Under the pieces are notes generated by a model. That model was not told where the DNA came from, searched no databases, and worked only from the letters and a program-made list of their open reading frames with translations. From IMG/VR virus record IMGVR_UViG_3300017987_005501: a stretch of 64,000 bases of DNA. One strand, 5' to 3'. The DNA is from a virus (lineage: Duplodnaviria; Caudoviricetes). Both the position numbers and the translations under genes were made by a program. Below, in pieces: positions 63,988 through 64,000 of the stretch. How positions within the stretch are numbered: position 1 is the first letter of the stretch; the number at the start of each line of letters is the position of its first letter.

Positions 63988-64000
63988 TTTAGCATCCTCA

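Noticed and set aside
1-64000. Stop-codon reassignment (alternative genetic code)
   Set aside because: Genes are full length in code 11, and TAG (14806, 49409, 57027) and TGA (47352) end genes right at the next start.
1-64000. tRNA, rRNA or transposase genes
   Set aside because: None recognised; intergenic gaps are short and AT-rich. tRNAscan-SE was not run.

Overview
A 64-kb, AT-rich stretch of a large tailed dsDNA virus genome (myovirus-like, probably a large or jumbo phage). It is almost entirely on the minus strand and reads in the standard genetic code. In transcription order (right to left) it carries: HU and a two-domain QueD-like enzyme; a DNA-packaging block (972-aa four-Cys-repeat protein, candidate TerS, TerL, portal); a run of acidic or coiled-coil hypothetical proteins; an accessory block (archaeal-type RNase HII, DUF4915-like propeller, signal-peptide PPC-caspase, His-repeat protein, the only clear plus-strand gene which is a Cas4/RecB-like nuclease, a degenerate class III aminotransferase); a cluster of small genes with two lamin-tail-domain paralogs; a metallophosphoesterase; three tail-tube paralogs; chaperones and tape measure; two tube initiators; hub, spike, gp25-like, 1715-aa baseplate J, wedge; a retropepsin-like protease; and two DUF4815-like fibre proteins. 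I could not recognise a major capsid protein, tail sheath or canonical prohead protease, and saw no tRNA or CRISPR array. Three patterns go beyond the gene list. (i) A 13-bp intergenic motif (TAATAATYYAYTD on the coding strand) sits about 40-110 nt upstream of many genes. (ii) A [KR]-x-A-[SA] motif and a related amphipathic helix recur in otherwise unrelated head-region proteins and in the retropepsin itself, suggesting a virion maturation or encapsidation code. (iii) Short peptides shared between tiny ORFs and a lamin-tail-domain protein suggest a modular capsid-display system. All family assignments come from motif recognition by eye; no database search was run.
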